Below are positions 8,898-17,500 of a stretch of DNA of 43,250 nt, piece after piece; within the stretch, counting starts at the first letter, position 1; each line of letters starts with the position of its first letter. The DNA is from Pseudomonadaceae bacterium. GTDB taxonomy: Bacteria > Pseudomonadota > Gammaproteobacteria > Pseudomonadales > Pseudomonadaceae. The notes under the pieces are model-generated. The model worked only from the letters and a program-made list of their open reading frames with translations, was not told the DNA's origin and made no database searches. Made by a program: the position numbers and the translations under genes. The stretch lies in NCBI GenBank assembly GCA_019747155.1, contig JAIERD010000163.1, positions 1 to 43,250 of the forward strand. Reading direction: 5' to 3'.

Positions 8898-8946
8898 CCC
8901 ACCAGCTCTATTACAGCCAGATGCGCTGGGCTGAAGCCCACCCTGC
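8882..8946. repeat. Inverted pair of REP-like palindromes (REPIN-like)
   Basis: gcagggtgggctttagcccacc (8882-8903) and gctgggctgaagcccaccctgc (8925-8946) are 22-nt inverted copies with 2 mismatches, each internally palindromic. Confidence 0.8.
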
Positions 8947-9024
8947 GATATCGGTCCTCAACCACTAACGAGTGCAGCGCCTTTAAGTTGCCACTGGTGC
9001 CCCAAACGCCCGGCACCAAGACGG

Positions 9025-10491
9025 TTAGTTAAACAACTTGCTGAAAAACCCTGGCTGCTCTGCCCCCGGCTTACCTTTGTCGGCCACCACCGGTGCCTTA
9101 GCCGGCTCGGCGGTTTTGCCGTCATTCAACGCTTGCAGCTGCTCGGCGGCGCGCTTGCCACTGCGCAGCGCGCCTTCCAGGGTGCCCGGATAAAGCGCAT
9201 CGGTATGCTCGCCGGCAAACGCCAGGCGTTGCTGCGGCTGCGCCCACAATTGCCAGAAGCGGCTCATTTGGCCAGGACCAAAGGCCAGATAAGCCCCGCC
9301 GATGCCGGCATCGGCACTGTAACGGCGCATCTCATAGCCGCTGTAGGCACCGCGCGCCTTTGGATAAAAGGAGTGCAAGCGGATCAGCACCTGGTCGGCC
9401 ACTTGCCGGTCGCCGAAGCTCTTCAGCAAACGGGCGTTGTCGCCGGACAGGTTGATCAGCACATTGGCGCCACCTTTGATCGCTGGCTCGATCCAGAGCA
9501 TGCCCAGGCCTTGATCGCTGTAAATCTCACCGGTCAGGCGTGCCTTGCTGTCCCACACCGGGGTTTTGAACTTCAGCAGAATCTGGTCACGCCAGCCGTA
9601 GTTGGTGCCTTGCAGCGCGGCCTGCCGTGGTGCATCCAAAGCCGGCTGCAGCTGAATCTTCGCCAGGGCCCGCAGCGGCACGGCCATCACCACGTAGTCG
9701 GCATGGTAACCAACGGCGCCGGCCTTAACGGTTACACCGTCTTTGTCCTGAATAATCGCCGACACCGCCGAATTGGTCTTGGTTACCTTCAGCTGCTTGA
9801 GGAAAGCCTGGGCCAACACCTGGCTGCCGCCGGGCAAACGGGCGGCGCGTTGGTCGCGTTCATCGACGCCGCGATTAACCCGCGCCTGCTGCACCAGGTA
9901 CAGCAAGGACAGCCGCGACGGCTCGTCGTAGCGGGCGCGAATGCGCTGGTTAACCAACTGCCGCGCCGTGGGGTCGAGTTTCAGCTGGTCGAGCCAGCCG
10001 GCGACGTTACGCTGATCGAGGGCAAACAGTGCACTGCTGGCTGTCGGCTTGAGCGGGTCGTCCATGGACGCGGCCAACTGATCCAAGGCTTTTTCATAGG
10101 CCGTGATACCCGCCGCAGTGGCCGGTTTGGTTTTTTCCAGATCGGCAAAATTGAAGTACTGACCATTGATCAGATAACCCGGCACCCGAACGAAATCCGG
10201 GGCGTCCTGGGTCTTTAGCTTGAAGCGTTCAAGATAACCATTCAGGGTCGGCTGCGCCTTGGCGCTGCCAATCCACTCGCTGGCCGCCAAGCCCGAGCGA
10301 CCGCCGATGCTGGCTTTGGCTTCCAGCAGGGTCACCTGCCAACCGGCCTGTTGCAGCTCATAGGCCGCCGACAGCCCAGACAAACCGCCGCCCACTACAA
10401 TCGCCACCGGCGGTTTATCTTGAGCGTGCGCCTGCGCGCCGAACAAACCCACTACCACTAGCGCTGATGCGCGCAACCAACCGGCCATCAT
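9025..10491 (-). CDS. Exported flavin monoamine oxidase-family FAD-dependent oxidoreductase
   Basis: Signal peptide ending AHA|QDK. Rossmann motif VVGGGLSGLSAA, LEAKASIGGR, C-terminal FAGEHT...GTLEGALRSG. AGGGG RBS before ATG 10491. Confidence 0.88.
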   Translation of the reverse strand: MMAGWLRASALVVVGLFGAQAHAQDKPPVAIVVGGGLSGLSAAYELQQAGWQVTLLEAKASIGGRSGLAASEWIGSAKAQPTLNGYLERFKLKTQDAPDFVRVPGYLINGQYFNFADLEKTKPATAAGITAYEKALDQLAASMDDPLKPTASSALFALDQRNVAGWLDQLKLDPTARQLVNQRIRARYDEPSRLSLLYLVQQARVNRGVDERDQRAARLPGGSQVLAQAFLKQLKVTKTNSAVSAIIQDKDGVTVKAGAVGYHADYVVMAVPLRALAKIQLQPALDAPRQAALQGTNYGWRDQILLKFKTPVWDSKARLTGEIYSDQGLGMLWIEPAIKGGANVLINLSGDNARLLKSFGDRQVADQVLIRLHSFYPKARGAYSGYEMRRYSADAGIGGAYLAFGPGQMSRFWQLWAQPQQRLAFAGEHTDALYPGTLEGALRSGKRAAEQLQALNDGKTAEPAKAPVVADKGKPGAEQPGFFSKLFN

Positions 10492-10647
10492 GTGTAAACC
10501 CCTGCAGAGCTTAAGGCTCAATTAAAAATCGTCGGCGCGCAGGATACGCCTGCGCCGATACGCGGGCCAGACGTATCCGACGCGGTGGCGCAAACCCGCC
10601 CGCGCGCATCTGATAGGCTTGGCCGATTGTAAAAGGAGCGCACGCCG

Positions 10648-12054
10648 ATGAACCTCAATGATCAGTGGATGCAACGCGATTTAGCCGTGCTGTGGCATCC
10701 CTGCACCCAGATGAAAGACCACGAACGCCTGCCGGTGATTCCGATCAAGCGCGGTGATGGTGTGTGGCTGGAAGACTTTAACGGCAAGCGTTATCTGGAC
10801 GCGGTCAGCTCCTGGTGGGTCAACGTGTTTGGCCACGGTAATCCACGGATCAATCAGCGCATCAAAGACCAGCTGGATAACCTCGAACACGTGATGCTGG
10901 CCGGCTTTAGCCATCAACCGGTGATCGAGCTGTCGGAGCGTCTGGTGCAGATTACCCCGGCCGGGCTAAATCGGGTGTTCTATGCCGACAACGGCTCCTC
11001 CGGCATCGAAGTAGCGCTAAAGATGAGCTTTCACTACTGGCTCAACAGCGGTAAATCCGCCAAGCAACGCTTCGTCACCCTGACCAACAGTTACCACGGC
11101 GAAACCATCGCGGCGATGTCGGTGGGCGATGTCTCGCTGTTTACCGAAACCTACAAATCCCTGCTGCTCGACACCATTAAAGTACCGAGCCCGGACTGCT
11201 ACCTGCGCCCCGAAGGCGTCAGCTGGGAAGCGCACTCGCGCACCATGTTTGCCGCCATGGAACAAACCCTCGCCGAGCATCATCACGAGGTTGCTGCAGT
11301 GATAGTCGAGCCGCTGATTCAGGGCGCCGGCGGCATGCGCATGTATCACCCGATCTACCTGACCTTGCTGCGCGAGGCCTGCGACCGCTACGGCGTGCAC
11401 CTGATTCACGATGAAATTGCCGTTGGCTTCGGCCGCACCGGCAGCATGTTCGCCTGCGAGCAGGCCGGCATTACCCCGGACTTTTTAGTGCTGTCCAAGG
11501 CGCTGACCGGCGGCTACTTGCCGATGGCGGCGGTGCTGACCACCGACGATATCTACCAGGCCTTCTACGCCGACTACGCCACCCTGCGCGCCTTCCTGCA
11601 TTCCCACACCTACACCGGCAACCCGCTGGCTTGCGCGGCGGCCTTGGCGACCCTGGATATCTTCCGCGATGACAACATCATCGAAACCAACAAGGCTCTC
11701 GCCAGCCGCATGGCCAGCGCCACCGCGCACCTGGTCGATCACCCCCATGTGGCCGAAGTACGCCAGACCGGCATGGCCCTGGCCATCGAGATGGTGCAAG
11801 ACAAAGCCAGCAAAACCCCCTATGCCTGGCAAGAACGACGCGGCCTGAAGGTCTATCAACACGCCCTAGAACGCGGTGCCTTGCTGCGCCCGCTGGGCAA
11901 TGTGGTGTATTTTCTGCCGCCCTACGTGATTACCCCTGAGCAAATCGATTTTCTTGCCGAGGTCGCCAGCGAAGGCATCGACCTGGCCTGCCGCGACAGC
12001 ATCAGCGTTTCGGTACTGTCGAACCTGCATCCCAACCATCGAGACCCGGGCTAA
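10648..12054 (+). CDS. bioA: Adenosylmethionine-8-amino-7-oxononanoate aminotransferase
   Basis: LWHPCTQM, YLDAVSSWWVN, DEIAVGFGRTG, PLP lysine in LSKALTGG, HSHTYTGNP. RBS AAGGAG. Confidence 0.96.
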   Translation: MNLNDQWMQRDLAVLWHPCTQMKDHERLPVIPIKRGDGVWLEDFNGKRYLDAVSSWWVNVFGHGNPRINQRIKDQLDNLEHVMLAGFSHQPVIELSERLVQITPAGLNRVFYADNGSSGIEVALKMSFHYWLNSGKSAKQRFVTLTNSYHGETIAAMSVGDVSLFTETYKSLLLDTIKVPSPDCYLRPEGVSWEAHSRTMFAAMEQTLAEHHHEVAAVIVEPLIQGAGGMRMYHPIYLTLLREACDRYGVHLIHDEIAVGFGRTGSMFACEQAGITPDFLVLSKALTGGYLPMAAVLTTDDIYQAFYADYATLRAFLHSHTYTGNPLACAAALATLDIFRDDNIIETNKALASRMASATAHLVDHPHVAEVRQTGMALAIEMVQDKASKTPYAWQERRGLKVYQHALERGALLRPLGNVVYFLPPYVITPEQIDFLAEVASEGIDLACRDSISVSVLSNLHPNHRDPG

Positions 12055-12194
12055 CAGGCCATTGAAAAACTACTGCGCTAGGCTATGCAGCGTTGAAACC
12101 GGCCTCAAAATGCTCACTTACAACACGTAAACTGCGCTTTTTCGGCCGATTTCGCCTTGCCTAGCCGTCGCTCGCTACATTTTTCAACGGACTG
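12055..12194. mobile_element. 140-bp MITE-like dispersed element, copy 1
   Basis: Imperfect 15-bp terminal inverted repeats caggccattgaaaaa ... tttttcaacggactg, flanked by a CTAA direct repeat (12051-54 and 12195-98). Second copy at 32736-32875. Confidence 0.8.
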
Positions 12195-12245
12195 CTAAGC
12201 ACAACGGCAAGCCCCACTTCCACTTCCCACTTGAAGCTACCGCTA

Positions 12246-12965
12246 ATGAGACTGTCACGCTTATTTATCGACGCCCCCCTAAGCCTGGGCGAGCACGCAT
12301 TGCCCGAAGCCCAGGCGCATTACCTCAGCCGCGTGCTGCGCTTGAATGTCGGCGCCGGCGTGCAACTGTTTGATGGCTCGGGCCTGGAGTACCAGGGCGA
12401 GCTGACTGAAGTCGGCAAAAAACAGGTGCGCGTGCAGCTCACGCAATGTCTGCCGGGCCAGCCGGATTCGAGTCTCAGCATTCATCTTGGCCAGGGACTG
12501 TCACGCGGCGAGCGGATGGATTGGGCGATTCAAAAAGCCACGGAGCTCGGGGTTAACGCCATCACCCCGATCGTCAGCGAGCGCTGCGAAGTGCGCTTAA
12601 GCGATGAGCGGGCTGACAAGCGCCTGGCTCACTGGCGACAAATCGCCATCAGCGCCTGCGAGCAATGCGGCCGTTCGACCGTGCCGGTGATTCATCCGCC
12701 GCTGAGCTTGAGCGAATGGCTGCACAGCGTTCAGGCCGACCTCAAGCTGGTGCTGCACCCGGTGGCCGAGCCCTTGGCCAGCCATGAGCGTCCACAATCA
12801 CTGGCTTTTTTGATTGGCCCGGAAGGCGGTTTGAATGACGCCGAAGTGGCACAAGCACAAGGCGCCGGTTTTCACTCGGCACGCTTAGGGCCACGGGTTC
12901 TGCGCACCGAGACCGCGCCAGTGGTGGCACTGGCAGTGGCGCAGCATCTGTGGGGGGATATGTAA
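12246..12965 (+). CDS. rsmE: 16S rRNA (uracil-1498-N3)-methyltransferase
   Basis: MRLSRLFID start, HYLSRVLRL, QKATELGV, ACEQCGR, IGPEGG, LGPRVLRTETA. Confidence 0.96.
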   Translation: MRLSRLFIDAPLSLGEHALPEAQAHYLSRVLRLNVGAGVQLFDGSGLEYQGELTEVGKKQVRVQLTQCLPGQPDSSLSIHLGQGLSRGERMDWAIQKATELGVNAITPIVSERCEVRLSDERADKRLAHWRQIAISACEQCGRSTVPVIHPPLSLSEWLHSVQADLKLVLHPVAEPLASHERPQSLAFLIGPEGGLNDAEVAQAQGAGFHSARLGPRVLRTETAPVVALAVAQHLWGDM

Positions 12966-12970
12966 GATAC

Positions 12971-13002
12971 GTAGGGTGGGCAACTGCGAAGCATTGCCCA
13001 CC
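12971..13002. repeat. GTAG-type REP-like hairpin between convergent rsmE and chpC
   Basis: gtag-ggtgggcaa-ctgcgaagca-ttgcccacc. Shares the AGGGTGGGC...GCCCACC frame with the repeats at 8882-8946. Confidence 0.7.
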
Positions 13003-13051
13003 ATTGGCCGCATTCGCAGGCCGAACAGCGCATAGCGGACAATGCCTCTAT

Positions 13052-13537
13052 TTAAATCAAGCCAGCATCGGCCAGCAGCTGCTCCAGCCCAATCAGATCG
13101 GGAATCTTTAACACGCCATCGCCAATGCTCACCGCATCCAACTCCAACGGTGCCAGCTGCACATTGGCGCGGGCCAGGTTGCTTTCCAGCTTGATCGAAC
13201 GCGGAATGCCCTGCACCAACAGCGCCAAAAACTTCACCTGCGGGCGCCCACCCAAGGCATTGATCACCGCGATGCGGGTATTGGCGCCAACTGCCGACTG
13301 CCCGTCGGAGGCAGCCTCGAACGATAACAATGGCAAACGCAGGTCACGCCAAGCGATCTGCCCCAGCATCCACGCGGGCATGCCCGGGGTGGCTTGCGGC
13401 GCGCGGTAGGGCAGTAACTCGGCCACCGCGACGTTAGGCAGCAACAGGGTGCGATCCGTCAACGGCACCATCAGCCCGGTTAGGGTACTGGTGGTGTTGG
13501 CAGTGGCTGGAGTGGCATTGGCTACGGCTTGGCTCAT
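13052..13537 (-). CDS. chpC: CheW-like adaptor ChpC
   Basis: LLLPNVAVAEL, WMLGQIAWRDLRLPLLSFE. Last gene of the pil-chp operon. Confidence 0.88.
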   Translation of the reverse strand: MSQAVANATPATANTTSTLTGLMVPLTDRTLLLPNVAVAELLPYRAPQATPGMPAWMLGQIAWRDLRLPLLSFEAASDGQSAVGANTRIAVINALGGRPQVKFLALLVQGIPRSIKLESNLARANVQLAPLELDAVSIGDGVLKIPDLIGLEQLLADAGLI

Positions 13538-13559
13538 GTGACCTTCCTGATTCGGGTAT

Positions 13560-14579
13560 TTAGCTGCACTGACCGACTAGCCGGTTAACCAGCGCTTCGG
13601 CCAGTTCACGCGGCGCGCCAGTGAAAGCGCTGTAGCCGCCTTCACGCAAACTGTCGGGCATGCTCGAACAGGCGCAACTGTCCGCCCGCTGGGTCCAGAT
13701 TTCGCTACCTTGGCGACGCACGTAGGCGGCGGCGGCACTGCCATCGCTGCCCATGCCACTAAACACAATAACACCGCACTGCTGGCCAAAATGTTGGGCC
13801 AGATTCAGCATCATCTGGTCAATCGATGGGCTGTAGGGTTCCGGCCAACCGCGATCGGTAATCTGCATGGCACCATCATCGGCAAAGCCCAGCTCGAAAT
13901 TAATTGGCGCCACCACCACTTCACCACAACGCACGAAATCGCCATGTCGGGCCAGATTGACCTGCCATTGGCTATGTCGACCAACCGCTTGCGGCAGCTT
14001 CGCCTCAAAACTGGCGTCGATATGCTGGGCGTAGACAAAACCCACTGGCAAGCCACCAGGCAGCGCATCGAGAAACTCTTTAACCGCCACCGGGCCACCC
14101 ATCGAGGCCGCCAGCAGCCACACTTGCTTGGCAGGCGCGCCGGCAATCAGCGGCGTATTAGCCAAGGCTTGCGGCAGCTCTAGGCGCGCTGGACGCTGGG
14201 TGTCGAGCATCAGCGTCTCAAGGCTACGGCCAACCCCTTGCGAGGGATCACCGACCAGTTTTTTAAGCTTGCCGAACAACCGCCGCTCCCAGCGCGGGTA
14301 GTTTTCCGAGTGACGCTCCGGTGCATGGCCTTCGCCAAACAGCACCGGAGCACTGGCTTGCTCAAGCAGGTGATCGACCAGTGGCGAGTCTTCGGTCTGG
14401 GCTAAATCAACCAGCCACAGATCGGTCTCACACTCGGCCAGCGCCGCCTCATCGAGACGCGCCGGATCGGTGTTCAGCACCACGGTATAACCGTTAGCCA
14501 CTAACGCCTGTTGCAGCACGTGACGCTGCAACGAGGTATCGGCCAGCACCGCAATGCGGGCAGCAGCTCGCTCAATCAT
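13560..14579 (-). CDS. chpB: CheB-like methylesterase ChpB
   Basis: Start MIERAAARIAVL overlaps the chpA stop. Catalytic S/H/D motifs LAASMGGP, YAQHI and SGMGSDG. Confidence 0.92.
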   Translation of the reverse strand: MIERAAARIAVLADTSLQRHVLQQALVANGYTVVLNTDPARLDEAALAECETDLWLVDLAQTEDSPLVDHLLEQASAPVLFGEGHAPERHSENYPRWERRLFGKLKKLVGDPSQGVGRSLETLMLDTQRPARLELPQALANTPLIAGAPAKQVWLLAASMGGPVAVKEFLDALPGGLPVGFVYAQHIDASFEAKLPQAVGRHSQWQVNLARHGDFVRCGEVVVAPINFELGFADDGAMQITDRGWPEPYSPSIDQMMLNLAQHFGQQCGVIVFSGMGSDGSAAAAYVRRQGSEIWTQRADSCACSSMPDSLREGGYSAFTGAPRELAEALVNRLVGQCS

Positions 14580-17500
14580 GTTTGTTAACCAGCTGCTGAA
14601 TCGTTTCGAGCAACAAGGATTCCTGATACGGCTTACCCAAGTACTCGTTGACGCCAATCGACATGGCTCGATCCCGGTGTTTGCTACCGGTACGCGAGGT
14701 AATCATGATGATCGGCAGGTCTTTAAGACGTTCATCGTGACGCACCAAGGTGGCCACTTCGAAACCGTCCATGCGCGGCATTTCGATGTCCAGCAACATG
14801 ATGTCCGGCTTGCGCTCCTGCAATTGCGCGATGGCATCGACGCCATCTTTGGCGGTCATCACGTTCATGCCATTACGTTCAAGCAGACGACTGGTCACTT
14901 TACGTACCGTGACCGAGTCATCGACCACCATCACCAACATCGGCCGATCCGCTTCAACCTCAGGGGTTGCAGTGGAAGCCCCAGCCAAACGTGGCTGCAG
15001 TTGCGACAACAGATGGGCGTGCAAGACCCGAATGGTGGCCAGCAGGTCGAGGATGATCACCACGCGACCGTCACCGAGAATGGTTGCACCGGAAACCCCG
15101 TGCACGCCGGCGAACTGCGGACCGAGGCTCTTCACCACAATTTCCCGCGAGCCGGCCAAACTGTCCACTTGCACCGCCACCGCGTGCTCATTGGAGCGCA
15201 CCAGAATGACCGGCAGCGGCAGGCTTTGACCGATCAACTTGGGCTGCTGACCGTTGTTGAGCAGGTCGCCGAGGTATTTCAGCTCGTAGGTCTGCCCGGC
15301 ATATTCAAATTTCGGCGCATCTGGGCCGTAGTAGGCTTCCAGCTCGTAAGGCGAAACCCGCACGATGCCTTCAATGGTGTTCAGCGGAATGGCGTACAGG
15401 TCTTCACCGGACAACACCATCAAGGCGCGGTTGACCGACACGGTAAAGGGTAGGCGAATCAGGAAGCGGGTGCCCTCGCCCGGCGTCGACTCGATGCTCA
15501 TCGAGCCGCCAAGCTGCTTGACCTCGGAGTGGACCACGTCCATGCCGACGCCACGCCCGGAAATCTGCGTGACCTTCTCCGCCGTACTGAAGCCGGCCTC
15601 GAGAATAAACTGCAAGACTTCGTGATCGGACAAGTCTGAATCTGCATCCAGCATGCCGCGCTCGATGGCTTTACGGCGTACCGCTTCGAGGCGAATACCG
15701 CCGCCGTCATCAGCTAGGGTCAGCAGAATATCGCCACCCTCACGACCGAGGGTCAAACGAATATTGCCGACCTCAGATTTGCCCGCAGCACGGCGCACTT
15801 CAGCCGACTCGATGCCGTGGTCGACCGCGTTGCGCAGCATATGCTCCAGCGGCGCAACGATACGCTCCAGCACGGCCCGGTCCATTTCACCGTCAGCATT
15901 ACCGACGACGAAATCGACTTGTTTGTTCAGCTCGCCGGCCACTTGGCGCACGATGCGCCTCAGCCGTGGCACCAGCCGGTCAAAAGGCACCATGCGGGTG
16001 CGCATCAGGCCTTCCTGCAATTCGGTGTTGACCCGCGCCTGTTGCAACAACAGGGTTTCCGCATCGCGGTTCCGCGCGGCCAGGGTTTCCTTCAGGTCGA
16101 GCAAGTCGGAGGCCGACTCGAACAGCGCCCGCGACAGCTGTTGTAGCTGCGAGTGACGGTCCATTTCCAACGGGTCAAAATCTTCATAACCGACCCGCTC
16201 GGCTTCTTCCTGATAACGGCTGAGAATCTGCGCCTGGGTTTCGGTATCGAGACGACGCAACTGATCGCGCACCCGGTCGATGGTGGCTTCCATTTCACCG
16301 AGGGTGAAGCTGACATCGCTGACCTGCTGCTCGACACGACCGCGGAAAATCGACGTCTCCCCCGCCAGGTTAACCAGGCCTTCGAGCAGATCGGCCGGCA
16401 CCTTGACCAACTCTTGCGGAGCCCGCCGGGATGCGGCTTCCAGCGCCGCTTCTTGGGCGCGCCGCACAAAGGGCAAGACCTTGGCCACTTCGACTTTGGC
16501 CGGCATGGCGCTGGCGGCGATGATCGGCAGGCTAAGCTCGGCACGTGGCACCGAGACGCTGGCCGGAGCTTCGATCTCTTCGAGACTCGTTGCAGCCGCT
16601 GGCGTAACAGGCGCCGCCTCACTGCTGCTATAAAGCTGCTGACGCAATTGCTCGATTTCGACCTGCAAACCCTCGAAACCCGACTGCACATCGACGAACA
16701 GGCTTTCTGGCCAAGGCGCGCCTTGCTGCTGCGCCTCGCTTAAATGTTGCTCGAGGTCATGACTCAAGTCGCCGAGACGTTTCTGCCCAGCCAGGCGCGC
16801 ACCGCCTTTGAGGGTGTGCAAAATCCGCAGCATATCGCCAATCGGAGCGGCATCGTCGTCAGAACTTTCCAGCCGTCCGGCAGCGCTTTCCAGGCCTTCC
16901 AGCAGGTCGTCGGCTTCTTCCAGAAAAATATCGAGAATGTCGGCTTCCGGACTGTCGTCGTGCTCTTCAACCACCGCTTTTAAATGCACGCTGGCAGGGA
17001 TGCTCAGGTGCTGCTCGGGGTTGGCGCGAAACCGCTGAATGGTTTCAATCAAGTCCGTGCCGGATGGCACTTCTTGTTTGTCACGCACCGCCTCAAGCAT
17101 CTGCGCGAGCCGGTCATGGCAGCTCTGCAGCAAATTAAACAGCTCAGGGCTGGCGCGCAGGCGGCCATCGCCCAGGCCTTCATAAAGAAATTCCAGCTCA
17201 TGGGCGAGATCACCGATCTCACGAATTTCAGCCATCCGCGCGCCACCCTTGAGGGTGTGCAAATCGCGCTGCAAGGCTTCCAACTCAAGGCTGTTATTAA
17301 CATCGTCCATCCAGCGCTGCAAGGACGCCGACGAGCTGTCGACGATGTCGAAACCTTCCTCGAGGAATATTTCGACCAACTCCGGATCGCGCTCATCCTC
17401 GACCAGCGCTTGCGCAGTGACTGGGGCGGTTTCAACTTCAACTTCGTCGATCAACTCAGGCTCGGCGGCTTCACTCGCCGGTAACTCTTCATCAATGCCC

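Noticed and set aside
9133-10218. 361-aa plus-strand ORF opposite the flavin oxidase
   Set aside because: Shadow ORF with no RBS or motif support.
10530-10580. GATACG direct and inverted repeats in the oxidase/bioA divergent gap as a biotin operator
   Set aside because: Short GC-rich matches that do not resemble a BirA-type palindrome; could be chance.
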